Shown piece after piece: positions 9,831-19,965 of a DNA stretch of 64,000 nt. The notes beneath the pieces were generated by a model. The model was not told the origin of the DNA. It worked only from the letters and a program-made list of their open reading frames with translations, and ran no database searches. Made by a program: the position numbers and the translations under genes. Location: contig MFDN01000001.1 in the NCBI GenBank assembly GCA_001776935.1, positions 229,449 to 293,448 of the forward strand, given 5' to 3'. This stretch comes from Candidatus Daviesbacteria bacterium RIFCSPLOWO2_01_FULL_39_23 (GTDB taxonomy: Bacteria > Patescibacteriota > Microgenomatia > Daviesbacterales > UBA10151). Each line of letters opens with the position of its first letter. The first letter of the stretch is position 1.

Positions 9831-10418
9831 ATGGATTCAAAATTTAAACTGATTGTTGATTCGTTTGGGAAAGAAAGGTTTAAGTTTGATGAGCCTTTAA
9901 AAGGTTACACTGCCTGCTCATTGGGCGGGCCGGCGCGTTTGTTTTTTATAGCTTTTACGCAAACAGAACTTATAAAAATAATAAAAATAGCAAGGCAGCT
10001 TGAGATACCTTATTTTCTGTTTGGAACCGGCACTAAAATTGCGATCTCAGATGCAGGCTTTGAAGGACTGGTGATTAAAAACAGAACCAAAAATATTCAA
10101 ACTCTTTCTGTTAAAGGTAAGGTTACAAAATACGGTATAGGAGTGGATGAAGCTTTAATAGAGGTGGATTCCGGCGTGAGTTTGAATAAGTGGATTGAGT
10201 ATTTGGATTCGCAGGGTCTGGAAAGCGCTAAGTTTGCAGGCATTCCGGGCAGTATCGGCGGCAACATGTTTTTAAATAAATTTTTGCAATCCTCGGTTAA
10301 AAGTATTAAAGTATTAGATTCACGGTCGGAAGCGAAAGTGGTAAATGTTGATATTTTAAGTCCAAAAAGGCATATAATATTATCAGGAGTATTTAGGGTG
10401 AAGGCAAAAATAATATGA
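9831..10418 (+). CDS. murB: MurB-like FAD-binding protein, C-terminally truncated (195 aa)
   Basis: YT..LGGPARLF, FGTGTKIAISDAGFEGLVIKN, GIPGSIGG; no MurB C-terminal domain. Confidence 0.75.
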   Translation: MDSKFKLIVDSFGKERFKFDEPLKGYTACSLGGPARLFFIAFTQTELIKIIKIARQLEIPYFLFGTGTKIAISDAGFEGLVIKNRTKNIQTLSVKGKVTKYGIGVDEALIEVDSGVSLNKWIEYLDSQGLESAKFAGIPGSIGGNMFLNKFLQSSVKSIKVLDSRSEAKVVNVDILSPKRHIILSGVFRVKAKII

Positions 10419-11674
10419 AATATATAATCAATGGCGGACATCAGCTTAAGGGGAAAGTCCGTGTATCCGGGAACAAAAACTCCATATTCCCTTGTATGGC
10501 TGCTGCACTTTTGACTTCGGAAGAAGTTATTTTGGAGAATGTGCCTGATTTAAAAGATACGGATGTATTGCTTCAGATTATAAAAAAGCTGGGGGTTATG
10601 GCGGAAAAGGATGATTCCATTGTAAAAATAAAGGCTTCCGAAATCAGCAGATTCAGTTTGCCGGAGGATTTAATGGTTAAACTGAGAGGGTCGATTGTTT
10701 TAGTCGGAGCAGTTCTTGGAAGGTTGGGCAGGGTGAATTTCCACCATCCGGGAGGGGATATTATCGGCAGAAGAAGCATAGAGGTTCACCTTGAGGGTTT
10801 TTTGGAATTGGGCGCATCTTTGAAAAAAAATAATTCCAAATACAGCCTGCAGAATAATTTCGCTCAAACTTCTTCTGATTGCGGCATTTTTTTAAAAGAA
10901 GCTTCGGTGACTGCAACAGAAAATTTAATTTTAGCATCGGTTTTAGGCAAGCGGTCTGTTGTTTTAAGAAACTGCGCCAAAGAACCCCACATTGTTGACC
11001 TGTGCAATATGCTCATTGCCATGGGCGCTCAAATCCTGGGAGTAGGGACAGAAACCATAAAAATAAGAGGGGTGGAAAAATTATACGGAACAAAATTTAA
11101 AATCGGCGCGGATTTTGTGGAAGCAGGCACTTATGCAATAGCAGGAGCCTTAACCGGAGGGGAAATTACAATTGAGGGGATAGACGGCGCATTCATGGAT
11201 CCTGTTTTGGTGCCTCTTCGGAGCTTTGGTGTTAAAGCAGAAGTGATTGATGGTGCTATTTTGGTTTATCCTTCAAGATTAAAATCTATTCCTAAATTGG
11301 TGACAAATCTTTGGCCGGGATTTCCGACAGATTTAATGAGTGTGGCAATAGTTTTGGCAACCCAGTCTAAGGGTGTGATTTTATGTCATGACTGGATGTA
11401 TGAGGGAAGGATGTTTTTCATTGATAAACTTATTTCTATGGGTGCCAAAATAATTTTGGCTGATCCGCACAGGGTGTTGGTGTATGGCCCAAGCAAATTA
11501 AAAGGCAAGAATTTAGAGAGTCCTGATATCAGGGCAGGTATGGCGCTGGTGGTGGCGGCTTTGGTTGCAAAAGGGAAAAGTGTTGTTAATCAGGCGGAAC
11601 TAATTGAGCGGGGATACGAAAACGTTGTTGAGAAATTAAGAAAGCTGGGTGCGGATATTGGAAGAACTGATTAG
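10415..11674 (+). CDS. murA: UDP-N-acetylglucosamine 1-carboxyvinyltransferase MurA
   Basis: SGNKNS, PGGDIIGRR, SVTATENL, WPGFPTDL, DIRAG, IERGYE. Confidence 0.96.
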   Translation: MKYIINGGHQLKGKVRVSGNKNSIFPCMAAALLTSEEVILENVPDLKDTDVLLQIIKKLGVMAEKDDSIVKIKASEISRFSLPEDLMVKLRGSIVLVGAVLGRLGRVNFHHPGGDIIGRRSIEVHLEGFLELGASLKKNNSKYSLQNNFAQTSSDCGIFLKEASVTATENLILASVLGKRSVVLRNCAKEPHIVDLCNMLIAMGAQILGVGTETIKIRGVEKLYGTKFKIGADFVEAGTYAIAGALTGGEITIEGIDGAFMDPVLVPLRSFGVKAEVIDGAILVYPSRLKSIPKLVTNLWPGFPTDLMSVAIVLATQSKGVILCHDWMYEGRMFFIDKLISMGAKIILADPHRVLVYGPSKLKGKNLESPDIRAGMALVVAALVAKGKSVVNQAELIERGYENVVEKLRKLGADIGRTD

Positions 11675-11676
11675 TT

Positions 11677-12876
11677 ATGGATATTGCGAAACATCCTATT
11701 TGGAACCAGGTTACGCCATATAAGACAAAAATCCCTTCGTTTAAAAAGCCCTTTCATTTGCTTCGCATTTATCTGGCAAGGCAGTATGCAAAACTGTACC
11801 CTCAGGATATGTTCGTTGGGGTAACAGGATCTGTGGGAAAGACAGCGTGTGTTGCAGCCTGTGCCGCAGTTTGTTCTCAAAAATATAAAACGCTTGCAAC
11901 CAAACAGGACCTGGATCCTGTTTTAAATATTCCGGCCACTTTGCTTAAATTAAACCCTTCAACTAAAAAGGTTATCCTGGAGATGGGTGTGGAATATAAG
12001 GGTGAAATGGATTTTTACCTTTCACAAGTCCGGCCGAAGACAGTGGTTGTCACCAGGATTTCGTATGCTCATAGTGAAACTTTGGGAGACATTGACGGGA
12101 TTTTACAGGAGAAAGGAAAACTGGTGGAAAGTTTGGATGAAAACGGGCTTGCGATATTAAACTGGGATGATTTATCAAGCAGAAGGCTTGCCGCTTCCTG
12201 CAGAGGAACTGTGATGTATTACGGAATGGATCCCAAAAACTGTACTGTTTGGGCAGGCAATCCCAAAATAGAAAATTTTACAACTAATTTTGAGTTGAAT
12301 TTGGGAGTTGAAAGAGTGAAAGTAAACTTTAAGCTGTTAGGACTGCACCAGGTTTACCCTGCATTGGCCGCTGCTCTTTTAGGGGTGAGTTTAGGTATTC
12401 CCCTGACAAAAATAAAAAAGGCGCTGGAATCAGTAGAACCTTTAGAGCACCGGATGCAGGCGCTTGCAGGTCCAAACGGATCAATACTTTTGGATGATAC
12501 TTACAATTCATCTCCTGCGGCTATGGATGCGGCTATTGATACTTTACTTGCCGTTCCGTCACGAAGAAAGGTTATTGTATTGGGCGAGATGCGGGAGCTT
12601 GGTCCTTACAGCGAAAAACTGCACAGACAAGTGGCGCAAAGAATTTATCAGGAAAAGTTAGATCTTGTTTTTTTGGGTCAGGGTGAGGCCCAAATTATCG
12701 GGGACGAGTTAAAAAGTTTGGGATTTTGGCAGGAAAGACTCGAGTCTAATTTAACAAATTCCCAAATCGTATCCAAACTTCTGAAAAATCTGGGTAAAGG
12801 CGATGTATGCCTTATTAAGGGTTCAAGAGTTGTCCGATTAGACGAGGTGGTAAAAAGGATTGCAAAAAAATCTTAA
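11677..12876 (+). CDS. murF: MurF ligase
   Basis: GVTGSVGKT, LEMG, DDTYNSSP, LGEMRELG, LIKGSR. Confidence 0.9.
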   Translation: MDIAKHPIWNQVTPYKTKIPSFKKPFHLLRIYLARQYAKLYPQDMFVGVTGSVGKTACVAACAAVCSQKYKTLATKQDLDPVLNIPATLLKLNPSTKKVILEMGVEYKGEMDFYLSQVRPKTVVVTRISYAHSETLGDIDGILQEKGKLVESLDENGLAILNWDDLSSRRLAASCRGTVMYYGMDPKNCTVWAGNPKIENFTTNFELNLGVERVKVNFKLLGLHQVYPALAAALLGVSLGIPLTKIKKALESVEPLEHRMQALAGPNGSILLDDTYNSSPAAMDAAIDTLLAVPSRRKVIVLGEMRELGPYSEKLHRQVAQRIYQEKLDLVFLGQGEAQIIGDELKSLGFWQERLESNLTNSQIVSKLLKNLGKGDVCLIKGSRVVRLDEVVKRIAKKS

Positions 12877-12879
12877 CTT

Positions 12880-13890
12880 ATGGTTTTATTACTGGGACTT
12901 TTGCTTTTATCTTTTATAGTGACTTCTTTTTTTATGGTGCCTTTTATTGATTTGCTTTTTTATCTTAAAAGGCGCTTTGAGAAAAACCGAACTGAAAATG
13001 AAAAAAAGTCAGAGACGCCGATACATGATCAGCTTATGAAAGGGGATATTGGTACTCCCTCCGGGGCGGGTATCCTTTTGATTTTAATTTTAATAGTTTT
13101 AAGTTTGGGGTATGCATTTTTTAGTTCCTCAGTAGACAGGGTCAGTTTAGTGATTTTACTTTTTACTCTTGTATCTTTTGGATCCTTGGGGTTAGTTGAT
13201 GATATTAAATTCATAATTACAAGGAGAAAAGGTAAAATCCTGGGACTGGGCAGAAGAAAAATATTATTGATACAAGCGCTTTTTGCTATTGCAATTTCTT
13301 CAATGCTTTATTTTATGGGAGGGCTAAATAATTTTTATATTTTAGGGCTTGGTAACTTTATAATTCAAATGTGGTATATCCCGCTTGCTGCTTTTGTTAT
13401 TATTGCTTTTGCAAATGCGTATAATATATCGGACGGTTTAGACGGACTATCGGCAGGACTTTTGCTGATTTGTCTGTTTGCTTTTTTGGCTCTTACAGTG
13501 CAAAGCTTGGATTTGACTCTGGCTTCATTTATCGGCATTTGGATCGGGCTTTTGTTTTCTTTTCTGTATTTTAATGTTTGGCCTGCCAGAATTTTTTTAG
13601 GCGATGCGGGAGCTTTTGCATTCGGGGCAACACTGGCGGTTGTGGGACTTTTGACAGGGAAGATTTTGGCTTTGGCAATAATAGGCGGGATGTTTGTTGT
13701 AATTGTTGCTTCCTCTTTTTTCCAGATTTTGTCTAAAAAAATCCTTAAAAAGAAGATTTGGCCGGTTTCTCCTATTCATATGTATTTTAAATTCCTGGGG
13801 TGGGAAGAGCCAAAAATAGTCACCAGGTTTTGGCTTGCTCAGGGGATATTTGCTATTTTGGGTTTGTGGATAGCCATGCTTTCAAGATAA
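12880..13890 (+). CDS. mraY: Phospho-N-acetylmuramoyl-pentapeptide transferase MraY
   Basis: GTPSGAG, GLVDD, NAYNISDGLDGL, FNVWPARIFLGDAG, GWEEPKIVTRFW. Confidence 0.95.
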   Translation: MVLLLGLLLLSFIVTSFFMVPFIDLLFYLKRRFEKNRTENEKKSETPIHDQLMKGDIGTPSGAGILLILILIVLSLGYAFFSSSVDRVSLVILLFTLVSFGSLGLVDDIKFIITRRKGKILGLGRRKILLIQALFAIAISSMLYFMGGLNNFYILGLGNFIIQMWYIPLAAFVIIAFANAYNISDGLDGLSAGLLLICLFAFLALTVQSLDLTLASFIGIWIGLLFSFLYFNVWPARIFLGDAGAFAFGATLAVVGLLTGKILALAIIGGMFVVIVASSFFQILSKKILKKKIWPVSPIHMYFKFLGWEEPKIVTRFWLAQGIFAILGLWIAMLSR

Positions 13891-13891
13891 T

Positions 13892-14989
13892 ATGGGTTTC
13901 GTAAAAGCCAGCTTGCAGTCTCAACAGAAAAAGAATGATTATTTGCTTCTTTTAACAGTAGTTGTTCTGGTTATTTTTGGTTTAATGATGGTTTATGATG
14001 CTTCTGCTATTTCCGGCCTTAAGGATTTTAAAGACAGCGGATATTATATCAGGCAGCAATTAATTTGGGTGGCGATCGGGATAAGCTCCATGATTTTTTT
14101 TGCCAATTTTCACTACAAAAGATTAAAGCCTCTTTCTGTGCCGGTTTTTTTCATTTCTGTGGTTTTGCTTTTTGCGGTTTTGATTCCCGGACTTGGAGTA
14201 TCGGGCGGCGGAGCCCACCGCTGGTTAAAGTTTGGAAAAATTGTAGTGCAGCCTGCAGAAATAATTAAATTAACAGCAGTGCTTTATTTAGCCAGGCTTT
14301 TTGAAAAAAAGGTGAGACTTGCTCCGTTTTTGATGGTTGTTATTGGAGTAGGTTTGGTGATGGCTGTTTTCCAAAGAGATTTAGGGTCGTCGGCTGTGTT
14401 TGTGGCAACTGTGGCTGCTATATATTTTGCAGCCGGCGGATCAATCTGGCACTTCATTATTGCACTTCCTGCAGGAGTGATCGCTCTGTGGTTATTAATA
14501 TCAACCTCTGCATATAGAAGCAAAAGAATCCTTGCTTTTTTGGACCCATTTTCCGATCCCCAGGGTTTTACTTACCATATTTCGCAGGTTCTGATAGCTT
14601 TAGGTTCAGGGGGATTACTGGGTTTGGGTTTGGGGCAGTCAAGGCAGAAATTTGAATATATTCCCGAAGTCTCAACAGATTCTATTTTTGGCATCATCGG
14701 AGAAGAACTGGGTTTTTTGGGCAGCAGCTTATTGCTGGTGTTTTTTGCTGTATTAATAATCAGAGGTTTAAAAATTGCGCAGAATTGTCCCGATAATTTT
14801 GGCAGGATTTTGGCTTTAGGTTTGACGTCATGGCTGGGGGTGCAGATTATTATAAATCTTTCATCCATGACTGCGCTTTTACCCCTGACAGGGGTTCCCC
14901 TTCCGTTTATTTCCTATGGAGGTTCGGCTTTGGTTGCAAACTTAACAGCCGTCGGGATTCTTCTTAATATCTCGAGACAGAATACATAA
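13892..14989 (+). CDS. ftsW: SEDS peptidoglycan polymerase FtsW
   Basis: GAHRW, QPAEIIK, RDLGS, TDSIFGIIGEELG, TGVPLPFISYGGS; dcw position. Confidence 0.92.
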   Translation: MGFVKASLQSQQKKNDYLLLLTVVVLVIFGLMMVYDASAISGLKDFKDSGYYIRQQLIWVAIGISSMIFFANFHYKRLKPLSVPVFFISVVLLFAVLIPGLGVSGGGAHRWLKFGKIVVQPAEIIKLTAVLYLARLFEKKVRLAPFLMVVIGVGLVMAVFQRDLGSSAVFVATVAAIYFAAGGSIWHFIIALPAGVIALWLLISTSAYRSKRILAFLDPFSDPQGFTYHISQVLIALGSGGLLGLGLGQSRQKFEYIPEVSTDSIFGIIGEELGFLGSSLLLVFFAVLIIRGLKIAQNCPDNFGRILALGLTSWLGVQIIINLSSMTALLPLTGVPLPFISYGGSALVANLTAVGILLNISRQNT

Positions 14990-14990
14990 C

Positions 14991-15884
14991 ATGAATAAAA
15001 TATCTTGGTCAAATTCAATTTGGTTTTTTGATATTGATGATACTCTTATTGATACGGTAAGTACAACAATACCTGCTTCAGAAGAAATTAGGAAAGTATT
15101 TTTAGCAAAATATACTCCAGAGCAAGCAATGCAAGTTAAAAATAATTTTAATAATATTTTTCATTTGATGATGGCTGGATACAGAGTAAAAAATGCAGAT
15201 GAATGGCAGTTAGTGCCGGGTGGAAAAAAAGCTTTTGATAAAATTTTAGAGGATATTGAGAACCATCAGATTAGGGTAAAAGAAAAATATGGAACAATTA
15301 AAAAATGGAGCAGAGAAGTTTTTGTGAAACTTGCAGCTGATAAAGCAAATTTGAGTGTAACCCCTGAAATAGTGAATAAAGCTGCAGATGCGTATTGGTT
15401 AATTTTAACGGAACAAACTGTAGTTTATCCTCATGTTCTTGAATTGATGCAAATAATTAAAGGATATAGCAGGCCAATATATTTGCTGACGAGTAGTGAT
15501 GGACGGTTACGAATGGACGAGAAAGGACAATTTGATTATGACCCGCAGTATTCAGAAGCATTTAAAAAAAACAGAATTGAATTATTAAGGGAAAAAGGAA
15601 TTATTTTTAATGCTTTATCAATTGGTGATCCTGAAGATAAACCGAATTTGAATTTTTTTCAAAAAGGATTAAAAATAGCCGAACAGGAATTAGGTTGTCC
15701 GATTAACACGGAGCATGCCATTATGATTGGTGATTCTTTTGAGGGAGATCTCCAAGTGCCTAAAGAACGAATGGGTTTTGGATTAGTTGTACTTTTTCAG
15801 AAAGACAAAATTAAATTAAAAATCATTGATGACCATCAGATAATTACAGGGAATTTAATGGAAGTAACAAGGCTTTTGAATTAA
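14991..15884 (+). CDS. HAD-superfamily hydrolase
   Basis: FDIDDTL motif I, KP motif III, MIGDSFEGDL motif IV. Confidence 0.85.
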   Translation: MNKISWSNSIWFFDIDDTLIDTVSTTIPASEEIRKVFLAKYTPEQAMQVKNNFNNIFHLMMAGYRVKNADEWQLVPGGKKAFDKILEDIENHQIRVKEKYGTIKKWSREVFVKLAADKANLSVTPEIVNKAADAYWLILTEQTVVYPHVLELMQIIKGYSRPIYLLTSSDGRLRMDEKGQFDYDPQYSEAFKKNRIELLREKGIIFNALSIGDPEDKPNLNFFQKGLKIAEQELGCPINTEHAIMIGDSFEGDLQVPKERMGFGLVVLFQKDKIKLKIIDDHQIITGNLMEVTRLLN

Positions 15885-16594
15885 AAATTTTCTTCTAATA
15901 TTTTGTTTTGTATAATAGAAAAATCATCTTTTTCCCCTACAAATGCTTTGTATGAAAGTTTAGGATTAGTTCTTGAAAAATAGGTTAAAACTTCTTCAGG
16001 ATGTACCCACTCTGTTTTTCTTTTTCCAAGATATTCAGGATAAGAAGAGGGTTGTTCATCAACCTGTAAGGTCTCTCCTTTAGGGTGTATCCTTTTTGAA
16101 GTACTATGAATTAGTGCTTGTTTATGAATATATTTAGATAGGTATATAAATTGCGTCTCGCTCGCTATAGAAACTGCCTTATATGTGTCCTGGTACAAAG
16201 ATCCTACTCTTTTGTGTTTTCGATTAAAGTACATAGAATATCTAGTGCCTAATGAGTGCATAAATTTATCCATCGAAATTGCACTGTTCTGTTTGATAAA
16301 AAAATGGAAATGATTTGGCATTAAGCAATAAGCAAGTAAAGTAACTTCACCAAAAAAGTTATTTAGCCGCAGAAGCTTTAATGTGTTGTCCTTCTCTTTA
16401 AAGGAGATGCTCGGATCGGATAGTTTTTCAAAAAGAATTGTTTCGTTCTTGGGTAATAAATAATTTTTTAAATAAGATAGGAAAACAGCGTAATCCTGTT
16501 CGTCAAGAAATATTAGCCTTTTTTCGACTCCACGATTATAAATGTGATAATAACTATTATTAATATACTGCTTAATTCTATTCTTAGAGGGCAC
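15881..16594 (-). mobile_element. REP-associated tyrosine transposase (RAYT / Y1 HUH, IS200-like)
   Basis: YYHIYNRGVEKRLIF, AYCLMPNHFH (HUH), YSMYFNRKHKRVGSLYQ, SSYPEY. Confidence 0.9.
16068..16095. repeat. Degenerate REP copy inside the RAYT coding sequence
   Basis: AAGGTCTCTCCTTTAGGGTGTATCCTTT is related to the palindrome at 16628-16668. Confidence 0.65.
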
Positions 16595-16627
16595 AATCTT
16601 ATATTATCCTGGATTGTGAAATACATC

Positions 16628-16668
16628 AAGGTCTATCCCTTAGGGATAGACCTTAAAGGATACACCTT
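16628..16668. repeat. REP palindrome upstream of RAYT
   Basis: Perfect inverted repeat AAGGTCTATCCCT-T-AGGGATAGACCTT followed by half copy AAAGGATACACCTT. Confidence 0.8.
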
Positions 16669-16712
16669 ATGGACTTGAACAGGTGAGCGGTAATGACGTA
16701 TGATTACAGGTA

Positions 16713-17801
16713 ATGAAAGTTTTAATCACAGGCGCGCATTTTACGCCGGCTGTTGCAGTTATTGAGCAGTTAAAAAAAGTAAGCGGCTTGGAAGTTGTAT
16801 ATGTCGGCAGGAAAACAACTTTTGAAGGAGATAAGGCAAAATCTGCAGAATCAGCAATACTTCCTTCTTTAGGCGTAAAATTTATCCCCATAATTACAGG
16901 GAGACTTCAAAGGACTTTCACCCTTTATACGATCCCTTCTCTTTTTAAGATCCCGATTGGATTTTTGCAGTCAATTTTTATTCTTTTGTCGCAGAAGCCG
17001 GATGTGATTTTATCGTTTGGAGGATATGTATCCGTGCCGGTTGTCATTACGGGCTGGCTTTTTTCAGTGCCGGTTATTATTCATGAACAAACATTATTTG
17101 CAGGCCTGGCAAATAGAATATGTTCATATTTTGCGGATAAAATTGCGGTTTCTTTTAAAGACGGTGAATTTAAGGGGGAAAAAGTTGTGTTAACCGGCAA
17201 TCCGATAAGGCGCGATATTTACGAACTCTCAAAAAAGGCAGCGCAGGCAGTTTTTAGGGAGAAAAAAATGCCGGCTGTTTTAATAATAGGCGGAAATCAG
17301 GGATCGCATGCAATTAATACTGCAGTAGAGAAAATTCTGGATAAGCTTACTAAGATAGCCAAAGTCTATCATCAGACAGGCGATTCCAAATATGGGGATT
17401 TTGAAAGATTAAACAATTTTTCAGGGGAAAACTACAAGGTGTTTAAGTTTATCGGAAACCAGTGGACAAAAATTCTTGAGGAGTGCGACCTGGTTGTATC
17501 GCGGGCGGGAATTAACAGCTTAACAGAGCTTGCGTTTTTGGGAAAACCTGTGCTTTTGATTCCCATTGGAAATTCAGAGCAGAAGAAAAATGCCCAATAT
17601 TTCTCCGGTATCGGGCTTGCCAAAATTCTGCCTGAATCAAAATTAACCGGAGAAACATTGTTGGAACAAGTAAAATTGATGCTGAGTGACCTAAAAACAT
17701 CATCCCAAAAAGCACAGAAAGCTAAGGAGCTGATCATTCCTGATGGCGCCAAAAGACTTACGCTTGAAACTTTGCTGCTTGTGAATAGTCCTAAAAATTG
17801 A
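16713..17801 (+). CDS. murG: MurG glycosyltransferase
   Basis: SFGGYVSVPV, IHEQT, TGNPIR, GGNQGSHAIN, VVSRAG, EQKKNA. Confidence 0.93.
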   Translation: MKVLITGAHFTPAVAVIEQLKKVSGLEVVYVGRKTTFEGDKAKSAESAILPSLGVKFIPIITGRLQRTFTLYTIPSLFKIPIGFLQSIFILLSQKPDVILSFGGYVSVPVVITGWLFSVPVIIHEQTLFAGLANRICSYFADKIAVSFKDGEFKGEKVVLTGNPIRRDIYELSKKAAQAVFREKKMPAVLIIGGNQGSHAINTAVEKILDKLTKIAKVYHQTGDSKYGDFERLNNFSGENYKVFKFIGNQWTKILEECDLVVSRAGINSLTELAFLGKPVLLIPIGNSEQKKNAQYFSGIGLAKILPESKLTGETLLEQVKLMLSDLKTSSQKAQKAKELIIPDGAKRLTLETLLLVNSPKN

Positions 17802-17803
17802 AT

Positions 17804-18583
17804 ATGTGGAAGAGAAGAAGGTTTAAACCAAAACAGGTTTTCCAGAGTAAAAAAATTATACTTTTGGCTATTTTTATATTGATCCTGATCTTTGTAGTTT
17901 CTTTTATCAGGGCAAAGTTATTCATTATAAATAAAGTTGATATAGAGTCCGCGCAAGCAGGGTGTGCAGATGAGGAGGAATTTAGAAAATCGTCAAACCT
18001 TTTGGGACAAAGTTTTTTTCTTTTAAATCCTAAAGATGCAGAAAACAGTTTAAAAAGTAAATATTTCTGCGTAAAATCTACCCGGGTGAATAAAAAGTTT
18101 CCTGATACGGTAAAACTGCAAATTGCAGGCAGAACGCCCTTTGCAAAGATACTCATCTTAAAAGATAAAGAGGCCTCTCCTGCTGCCCAAAACCCGGAAG
18201 GATTTTTTATTGTTGATGAGGAAGGCGTGGTTTTTGCAAAAGATGATATTGGCGGGATACCAAATATATATCTTTATGACCCTGGTGTTGCTTTGGGAAA
18301 AAGATTAAATGGGATATATTCAAATCTTTTGGTGATTTTGGGGAAAGTTAAAACGTTTGGGATAAATGTACGAGAGGGCTGGATAACGGATTCCTCTTTT
18401 GTCATTAAAGAGGGAGACGGGACGCCCCGGATAATTTTTGCCTTAGAAGATGAAATTGATATTCAAATTGCATCTTTACAACTGATTCTGGATAAAGCTA
18501 AAATAGATTCAAGCAAGTTAGAGTTTATCGATCTAAGATTTGATAAACCCATTATTAGATTTGTGGAGAAAAGTCCAAAATAA
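17804..18583 (+). CDS. ftsQ: Cell division protein FtsQ/DivIB-like
   Basis: N-terminal TM, POTRA-like KKFPDTV, C-terminal FIDLRFD; lies between murG and ftsA. Confidence 0.8.
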   Translation: MWKRRRFKPKQVFQSKKIILLAIFILILIFVVSFIRAKLFIINKVDIESAQAGCADEEEFRKSSNLLGQSFFLLNPKDAENSLKSKYFCVKSTRVNKKFPDTVKLQIAGRTPFAKILILKDKEASPAAQNPEGFFIVDEEGVVFAKDDIGGIPNIYLYDPGVALGKRLNGIYSNLLVILGKVKTFGINVREGWITDSSFVIKEGDGTPRIIFALEDEIDIQIASLQLILDKAKIDSSKLEFIDLRFDKPIIRFVEKSPK

Positions 18584-18603
18584 ACGAAGTTCGCAATAAA
18601 TAT

Positions 18604-19902
18604 ATGGCAAAGGACAGAATTGTTTGTGGGATAGATGTCGGCTCATCAAAAATAGCCACTCTTATTGCTTCAGTAGATGAGTCTCCCTCCGGCGGAGGAA
18701 AAATAAATTTAATCGGTGTTTCTTCTACTCCTTCAAAGGGTGTAAAAAAAACACAGGTTGTTGATATTGAAGAAGCAATAGGTGCAATAACAGAATCGGT
18801 TGAAGCGGCTGAAAGAATGGCCGGTTATTCTATTTCCCAGGCATTTATTTCTTTAGGCGGACCGCAGGTGGAAAGCGTGAACCAGCATGCAGTGGTGGCT
18901 GTGTCCGAACCTGATGAGGAAATTAAAGAATCTGATGTGAAAAGGGTCAATGATGCGGCCCGGGCAATTCCGCTGCCGTCTTCACGGGAAATCCTTCATG
19001 TTATTCCCCGTAATTTTACTGTAGACGGACAGGAAGGCATTAAAGATCCGATCGGCATGACCGGTGTTAGGCTTGAGACTCAGACACATATTATCACAGG
19101 CTCCTCCACCTCTATGAGAAATTTAGTTAAATGCGTATCCGAGGTGGGTATAGACGTCTCGGAACTGGTTTTTTCCGGCATAGGATCTTCTGTGGCAGTG
19201 CTTTCTGATACGGAAAAGGAGCTGGGGGTTGTGCTTGTGGATGTTGGGGGGGAGACCACGGATGTGGTGGTGTTTATTGACGGATCTGTGGCATATTCCT
19301 CCGTTATACCCATTGGCGCACGTCATATTACATCGGATATGGCTGTCGGACTGCGTGTCTCGTTGGAATCGGCAGAAAAAATTAAACTATCGCTTGGCAG
19401 ATTACAAAAAACTCCTGTAATGCCTGCAGATGATACAGGTAAAACTGTGCGCAAAAAGGAAGAAGAATCAATCGATATTAAGGCACTGGGGATTACGGAA
19501 GATGTGCAGAAAATTTCCCGGAAAGCGGTTGTGGATGGGATTATCAGGCCGAGACTGCAGGAGATATTTAAATTTGTCGGCAAGGAATTAAAAAAGAGCG
19601 GCTTTGCAACGCAGGTTCCATCAGGACTTGTGATTTGCGGAGGAGGAGCTTTGACTGTGGGAGTTTTAGAGCAGGCAAAATATGTGCTTGGGTTTCCTGC
19701 AAGGCTGGGCCAGATAGAAGGATTAGGCGGTTTGGTGGAGGAAATAGATTCTCCTGCGTTTGCAGCTGCTGCAGGTTTGATCCTTTATGGGGCGACTCAA
19801 AGTACCGGCAGCCAAATGCATATACCGGTGCTTTCCGGAAATTTGCCTATAAAAGGCATGATACAAAAGGGAATAGATTTAGTGAAATCCTTTCTGCCCT
19901 AG
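18604..19902 (+). CDS. ftsA: Cell division protein FtsA
   Basis: GIDVGSSKI, DPIGMTGVRLE, VDVGGETT, ICGGGA, C-terminal amphipathic helix. Confidence 0.97.
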   Translation: MAKDRIVCGIDVGSSKIATLIASVDESPSGGGKINLIGVSSTPSKGVKKTQVVDIEEAIGAITESVEAAERMAGYSISQAFISLGGPQVESVNQHAVVAVSEPDEEIKESDVKRVNDAARAIPLPSSREILHVIPRNFTVDGQEGIKDPIGMTGVRLETQTHIITGSSTSMRNLVKCVSEVGIDVSELVFSGIGSSVAVLSDTEKELGVVLVDVGGETTDVVVFIDGSVAYSSVIPIGARHITSDMAVGLRVSLESAEKIKLSLGRLQKTPVMPADDTGKTVRKKEEESIDIKALGITEDVQKISRKAVVDGIIRPRLQEIFKFVGKELKKSGFATQVPSGLVICGGGALTVGVLEQAKYVLGFPARLGQIEGLGGLVEEIDSPAFAAAAGLILYGATQSTGSQMHIPVLSGNLPIKGMIQKGIDLVKSFLP

Positions 19903-19965
19903 AGAGGACTTGATATTGCTATTGTAAATCTGTTATATTCTGCCCGAAGATAGGTATCTGTAAAT

